A stretch of DNA of 40,158 nt from positions 1 to 40,158 of the forward strand of contig DASVYU010000021.1 of NCBI GenBank assembly GCA_036391995.1, read 5' to 3'. Below are positions 35,645-40,158 of the stretch, piece by piece; positions within the stretch are counted from its first letter, which is position 1, and each line of letters opens with the position of its first letter. Source of the stretch: Patescibacteria group bacterium. Its GTDB lineage: Bacteria > Patescibacteriota > Minisyncoccia > Moranbacterales > GWC2-37-73. Under the pieces are notes generated by a model that did not search any database, was not told the origin of the DNA, and saw only the letters and a program-made list of their open reading frames with translations. The position numbers and the translations under genes were made by a program.

Positions 35645-38479
35645 ATGCCTCTCAAAAAAGCTGCTTCCAAAAACGACAACGAGATCGTGATAAAAGGTGC
35701 CAGGGTGAATAATCTAAAAAACATCGACGTCAATGTGCCGCGTGACAAATTCGTGGTAATCACAGGCCTTTCAGGGTCGGGAAAATCTTCTTTGGCTTTC
35801 GACACCATTTATGCCGAAGGCAATCGACGCTACATGGAAGGACTTTCCTCGTATGCGCGCAATTTTTTGGATCCTTCCGTGAAGCCGGATGTGGATAAGA
35901 TTGAAAATCTTTCGCCTCCGATCTCCATTGATCAGAAAAGCATCTCACGCTCCCCGCGTTCAACAGTGGGCACGCTGACGGAAGTGTATGACTATCTTCG
36001 CATTCTATATGCCAAGGTGGGAGTGTTGCATTGTCCGAATTGCGGTGCATCCATGCAAAGAAGAAGCAACAAAGAAATTTTGGATGATATTCTGGCTTTG
36101 CCGCATCATACTCAGATTGCAATCCTTGCTAAACCGAAAGAGAACCTGGTTGGAAAGGATCTTTTGAAACATATCCAGCAATTGGGTTATGCACGGGTGC
36201 GTATGGGCGGGCCTGCCTCGACTCGCGAAGACGCATCGTCGACGCGAGGCGGGAAGATGCTGACTGTGGCTGAAGCTTTGATGTTTGAAGAGCAGGAGAT
36301 GAGCCAAGACATCGACATGGTAATCGATCGTGTGATTTTGGATATCAAAAATCCGGACACTGAACGCATGGTGGACTCAATTGAAACAGCTATGAAAGTC
36401 GGTGGCGGCGCCATGAAGATGCTGATCGACAATAGTGAAGAGAGATCGTATAATCAGGACTTCTTCTGTTCTAATTGCGGCGTGAAAATCAAGGAAGTTA
36501 CTCCGCGCCACTTTTCTTTCAATAGTCCCGAAGGAGCGTGCGACAATTGCTCTGGTTTGGGATATACCTTGAAAGTCAACGAAGAGCTTGTGATTCCAAA
36601 CAAGAACCTGTCGCTTCTGGAAGGCGCGATCCAGCCTTGGAGCAAATCCGGAGGCAAGATCAATGGGCAAAGCAGCCAGATCCAGATGCTCAAGGATATT
36701 GCTAAGAAATATAAATTTTCCGTCAGCGTGCCTGTGAAAAAACTTACCAAGCAGCAATTGGACATAGTACTGGATGGCAAGGATGGTTTTGAAGGTGTTA
36801 TTCCTGCTTTGGAAGAAAAATATGCCCAGACCAAATCGGAATATATGCGCACGGAAATCGAGAAATATATGACTGCACATGTGTGCGGCAGCTGCATGGG
36901 CAAACGTCTCAAGAAAGAATTCTTGGCTGTCGAGATCCAGGGCCAAGGCATTGATGATCTGGTAAATATGGGAGTGACCAAGCTCAAGGAATTTTTCGAG
37001 GGCGCTGAAAATTGGCAACAGACTTTACAGGAAAAAGAAATTACGCGGCCAATCGTGCGCGAGATGCTCAGTCGTCTCAGAGCTTTGGAAAACGTGGGCT
37101 TGGAATATCTGAATCTGGGACGTTCTGCTCAGACCATTTCCGGCGGAGAAGCGCAGCGCATCCGTTTGGCTGCCCAATTGAATTCTCAACTCATGGGCAT
37201 CGTGTATGTTTTGGATGAACCGTCTATTGGTTTGCATAATCGCGACACGGAAAAACTCATCAAGACCATGCAATCTTTGCAAGGGGTTGGTAATTCCTTG
37301 GTGGTGGTTGAGCATGATGAAGCTATCATTAAATCGGCAGATTGGATCATCGATATGGGACCCGGTGCAGGTGAGGAAGGCGGCATTGTGGTTTTTGAAG
37401 GAGACTACAAGAAGCTGCTCAAATCCAAGAATCTTACTGCGCAATATATTTCCAGAAAAAAGAAAGTTTCCGACAAAAAATCCTATCGCAAAGGCTCTGG
37501 CCAACATATCGAGATCATCGGCGCAGAGGAACACAATCTTAAGAATGTGGATGTGTCCATTCCGCTGGAAAAATTCGTAGCAATCTGCGGCGTGTCAGGC
37601 TCAGGCAAGTCCACGCTTGTCAAAGACATTCTCTCCAAAGCGCTTTCGCGTCATTTCTATGGCACCAAGGATCTGCCTGGTAAGCACAAGAAGATCAAAG
37701 GTTTTGAACATGTCAAAAAAGTCATTTCCATCAATCAGAATCCGATCGGACGCACGCCGCGCTCCAATGCGGCAACCTACACTGGAGTGTTCTCATATAT
37801 CCGTGATCTTTTTGCGCAGACGGAAGAATCCAAGAATCGTGGCTATACTGCCAGCCGTTTCAGTTTCAATATGAAAGGCGGACGCTGCGAGGTTTGTCAG
37901 GGAGAAGGCTACAAGAAGATCGAGATGCATCTTTTGCCTGACATGTATGTTAAATGTGAAGCATGTGACGGAACGCGTTTTTCCAAGAAGACTTTGGAGA
38001 TTGAATACAAGGGTTACAATATAGCGCAGGTCCTGGATATGGATGTGCGGTTCGCTCTCAGATTCTTTGCGCGCCATCCTTTGATTGCGGAAAAACTCAA
38101 GACCATGGAAGATGTGGGATTGGGATATTTGAAACTGGGGCAAAGCGCAACAAATCTTTCAGGTGGTGAGGCTCAGCGCATCAAGCTGGCCACGGAACTG
38201 GCTAGAAAATCTACAGGCAACACCTTGTATATCTTGGATGAACCGACAGCTGGTCTGCATTTCGATGACATACGCAGATTATTGGTTGTACTCAATGCTT
38301 TGGTAGACAAAGGCAATACGGTTTTGGTGGTGGAGCATAACCTGGATGTTGTGCGTGACGCTGATTGGGTGATTGAGTTGGGACCGGATGGCGGAGACAA
38401 AGGCGGCTATGTCAATTTCGAAGGTACACCGGAAAAGCTCAAGAAGGATAAGGAAAGTTGGACAGCGAAGTATCTGTAG
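35645..38479 (+). CDS. uvrA: Second full-length UvrA paralog
   Basis: [10 protein letters not shown] / [19 protein letters not shown] twice, and the zinc-finger and UvrB-binding-region-length insertions all present (944 aa). It lacks the repeat insert seen in the first uvrA. Confidence 0.9.
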   Translation: MPLKKAASKNDNEIVIKGARVNNLKNIDVNVPRDKFVVITGLSGSGKSSLAFDTIYAEGNRRYMEGLSSYARNFLDPSVKPDVDKIENLSPPISIDQKSISRSPRSTVGTLTEVYDYLRILYAKVGVLHCPNCGASMQRRSNKEILDDILALPHHTQIAILAKPKENLVGKDLLKHIQQLGYARVRMGGPASTREDASSTRGGKMLTVAEALMFEEQEMSQDIDMVIDRVILDIKNPDTERMVDSIETAMKVGGGAMKMLIDNSEERSYNQDFFCSNCGVKIKEVTPRHFSFNSPEGACDNCSGLGYTLKVNEELVIPNKNLSLLEGAIQPWSKSGGKINGQSSQIQMLKDIAKKYKFSVSVPVKKLTKQQLDIVLDGKDGFEGVIPALEEKYAQTKSEYMRTEIEKYMTAHVCGSCMGKRLKKEFLAVEIQGQGIDDLVNMGVTKLKEFFEGAENWQQTLQEKEITRPIVREMLSRLRALENVGLEYLNLGRSAQTISGGEAQRIRLAAQLNSQLMGIVYVLDEPSIGLHNRDTEKLIKTMQSLQGVGNSLVVVEHDEAIIKSADWIIDMGPGAGEEGGIVVFEGDYKKLLKSKNLTAQYISRKKKVSDKKSYRKGSGQHIEIIGAEEHNLKNVDVSIPLEKFVAICGVSGSGKSTLVKDILSKALSRHFYGTKDLPGKHKKIKGFEHVKKVISINQNPIGRTPRSNAATYTGVFSYIRDLFAQTEESKNRGYTASRFSFNMKGGRCEVCQGEGYKKIEMHLLPDMYVKCEACDGTRFSKKTLEIEYKGYNIAQVLDMDVRFALRFFARHPLIAEKLKTMEDVGLGYLKLGQSATNLSGGEAQRIKLATELARKSTGNTLYILDEPTAGLHFDDIRRLLVVLNALVDKGNTVLVVEHNLDVVRDADWVIELGPDGGDKGGYVNFEGTPEKLKKDKESWTAKYL

Positions 38480-38648
38480 TTTTCTGTTTAATATTTAGCA
38501 AAAAATACAAATTTTTCTGCGAATTAAACTCGAACCCATATTTTCTAGCTGAAATTTTTCGTGGTCAAAAATGGGAAACAAAAAATTTCAGAGAAAAGAA
38601 GGGTTCTCAGACAGAAATTCTCGAAAAATTTTATTTTTCACTAAAGTA

Positions 38649-39107
38649 TCAAAGTAACATAAGTACGATTGCCAATATTGAAAAGATGATGTCGTTTCTG
38701 CCATTTCGTAGATTCCAATCATAACGTTTGTCGCCTTTGGGGTAGGGGTGGACCCAAGCATGGAACTGGAAAAGCTTGTAGAGTAATTTGAAATTAAGTT
38801 TCCAATAAAGCACAGTGAGCAGGTCGGGAAACATGGAAGCAAAAGTTCCAATCAGGATGTTTCTGATGATTAAGATGGTAGGGTGAAAAAGCAGAATATA
38901 TGCACCCACAATGGAAAGACCAGCAACAAGATCGATTGCGACTTTCCACCAAGTGTTGGCAAATGTGGATTTGCGATTGAGATATTCTCCGTGGCGAAAA
39001 CTATCCAAAAAGAAATGTAGTGGCAAAGCAATGAGTATTATTAGCCAAGGGTTGGAAACATGTTTTCCCAAGGCAGCGCCGACCAAGGCATGAGTGGTGA
39101 GGATCAT
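38649..39107 (-). CDS. Membrane protein, possibly a YdjM/DUF457-like membrane-bound metal-dependent hydrolase
   Basis: Starts MILTTHALVGAALG, then 3-4 TM helices. The family assignment is tentative. Confidence 0.4.
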   Translation of the reverse strand: MILTTHALVGAALGKHVSNPWLIILIALPLHFFLDSFRHGEYLNRKSTFANTWWKVAIDLVAGLSIVGAYILLFHPTILIIRNILIGTFASMFPDLLTVLYWKLNFKLLYKLFQFHAWVHPYPKGDKRYDWNLRNGRNDIIFSILAIVLMLL

Positions 39108-39246
39108 AGGGATTAAATTTTCAATTTATAATTTTTAATTTTCAAACAATGTTCAATTTTTCAATGATTCAAATTTCAAACATTTAGAAGTTTGGTCATT
39201 GGAAATTGTTTAGAAATTGAAAATTGAAAATTAGAAATTCATTTTT
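39108..39246. repeat. AT-rich heptamer-repeat divergent intergenic region of the (GAAAATT)n / (AATTTTC)n family
   Basis: The left half is rich in aattttcaa units and the right half in gaaattg/gaaaatt units, making an imperfect large dyad between the divergent YdjM-like gene and rsmI. Similar tagaaatt repeats lie at 35581-35644. Confidence 0.6.
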
Positions 39247-39960
39247 ATGAATAAAAATGGAACATTATATATCGTCGCGACTCCCATCGGCAATCTGGAA
39301 GACATCACTTTCAGGGCCGTGAGGATTTTGGGCGAAGTTGATCTGGTTGCCTGCGAAGACACGCGTGTGACCAGCAAACTTCTTTCGCATTATAGCATAT
39401 CCAAACCGCTCATTTCTTTGCATCATCACAGCGGCAAAGCTCAATTTGAAAAGATCGTTGCGGAGCTGGAAAACGGAAAAAATGTCGCTTATTGCTCTGA
39501 TGCTGGCACGCCCGGAGTGTCTGATCCGGGAAACAGGCTTGTGGAAGATGCGCTGCAAAGCAATATTGCTGTCGTACCGATTCCTGGAGTCTCTGCTCTA
39601 ACGGCTCTTGTGAGCGTGGCTGGTATGGATATGCAGAACTTCTCTTTTGCCGGCTTTCCTCCACACAAGAAAGGCAGGGAGACTTTTTTTAGGAAAATCG
39701 TGAACACCCAGGAACCTGTCATTTATTATGATTCTCCGCACAGGGTAATCAAGAACATCCAATTGCTAAAAGAATTGACTGAAAAAGAAAAGAATGTCTC
39801 TGATCTCGCGGCCGGCACTTTTGGCAAGCAAATCATCATCGGTCGCGAGCTGACAAAGATGTTCGAACAGATCGTCAGAGGCAATATGGGCGATGTCATC
39901 GCCTATTTTTCCGAGCATCCAGATAAGCTCAAGGGCGAATTCGTTATTATTGCTTATTGA
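39247..39960 (+). CDS. rsmI: 16S rRNA (cytidine1402-2'-O)-methyltransferase RsmI, tetrapyrrole-methylase fold
   Basis: LYIVATPIGNLEDITFRAVRILGEVDLVACEDTRVTSKLL ... a typical RsmI. Confidence 0.85.
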   Translation: MNKNGTLYIVATPIGNLEDITFRAVRILGEVDLVACEDTRVTSKLLSHYSISKPLISLHHHSGKAQFEKIVAELENGKNVAYCSDAGTPGVSDPGNRLVEDALQSNIAVVPIPGVSALTALVSVAGMDMQNFSFAGFPPHKKGRETFFRKIVNTQEPVIYYDSPHRVIKNIQLLKELTEKEKNVSDLAAGTFGKQIIIGRELTKMFEQIVRGNMGDVIAYFSEHPDKLKGEFVIIAY

Positions 39961-40158
39961 AGCCTAAAATGGCCGAATTTGGCAATGAATTTTTGCTGTT
40001 ATAATTATTTATCCACACCTGTTTGGTGCGGATTTTATTTTGTGGTATAATCATGGCAATGGATTTTTTTCTTTAATTTTTTTAAACATAAACAAAATAA
40101 ACATGAAAGCTTTCTTCAAAAGGAATGCAAAAAAGACGGGGTATGTCTTCGGCATAGT

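Noticed and set aside
38520-38545. A tRNA T-arm-like motif (gggttcgag on the minus strand)
   Set aside because: There is no acceptor or anticodon stem context. It is probably a chance match within an AT-rich intergenic region.
1-40158. Alternative genetic code (UGA recoding, as in some CPR lineages)
   Set aside because: Long uninterrupted ORFs (uvrA 972 aa, copA 925 aa, the 1305-aa surface protein) under the standard code give no support for reassignment.

Overview
The window is a low-GC (about 40%) bacterial chromosomal segment on the standard genetic code. Its gene content looks like a reduced, Patescibacteria/CPR-like genome; this is an inference from gene content, not a database result. 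Core genes supported by the sequence: ftsK (3' end), rodZ-like, recA, an SPFH protein, an rpsF-ssb-rpsR-efp cluster, uvrB, uvrA, a compact uvrC, a second full-length uvrA paralog, rsmI, a copper-handling cluster (HMA-permease-cupredoxin fusion, copZ, copA), a 1305-aa LamG/FN3 surface protein and a MacB/FtsX-type ABC pair. Accessory content: an IS200/IS605-type Y1 (RAYT) transposase with REP-like palindromes; a flotillin/small-protein/novel-repeat-protein island of about 57% GC at roughly 9.7-13.8 kb; two small higher-GC genes wedged between uvrA and uvrC; and a thioredoxin-like gene. Signals the gene models do not explain: native genes lack Shine-Dalgarno motifs whereas every higher-GC candidate-alien gene has a strong one; perfect palindromes and short AT-rich repeat DNA sit in-frame inside essential genes (uvrC, uvrA, copA, and the RAYT gene itself); several families of duplicated intergenic modules recur; and a consensus sigma70 promoter plus attenuator-like leader follows recA. 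No CRISPR array, tRNA or rRNA was found.
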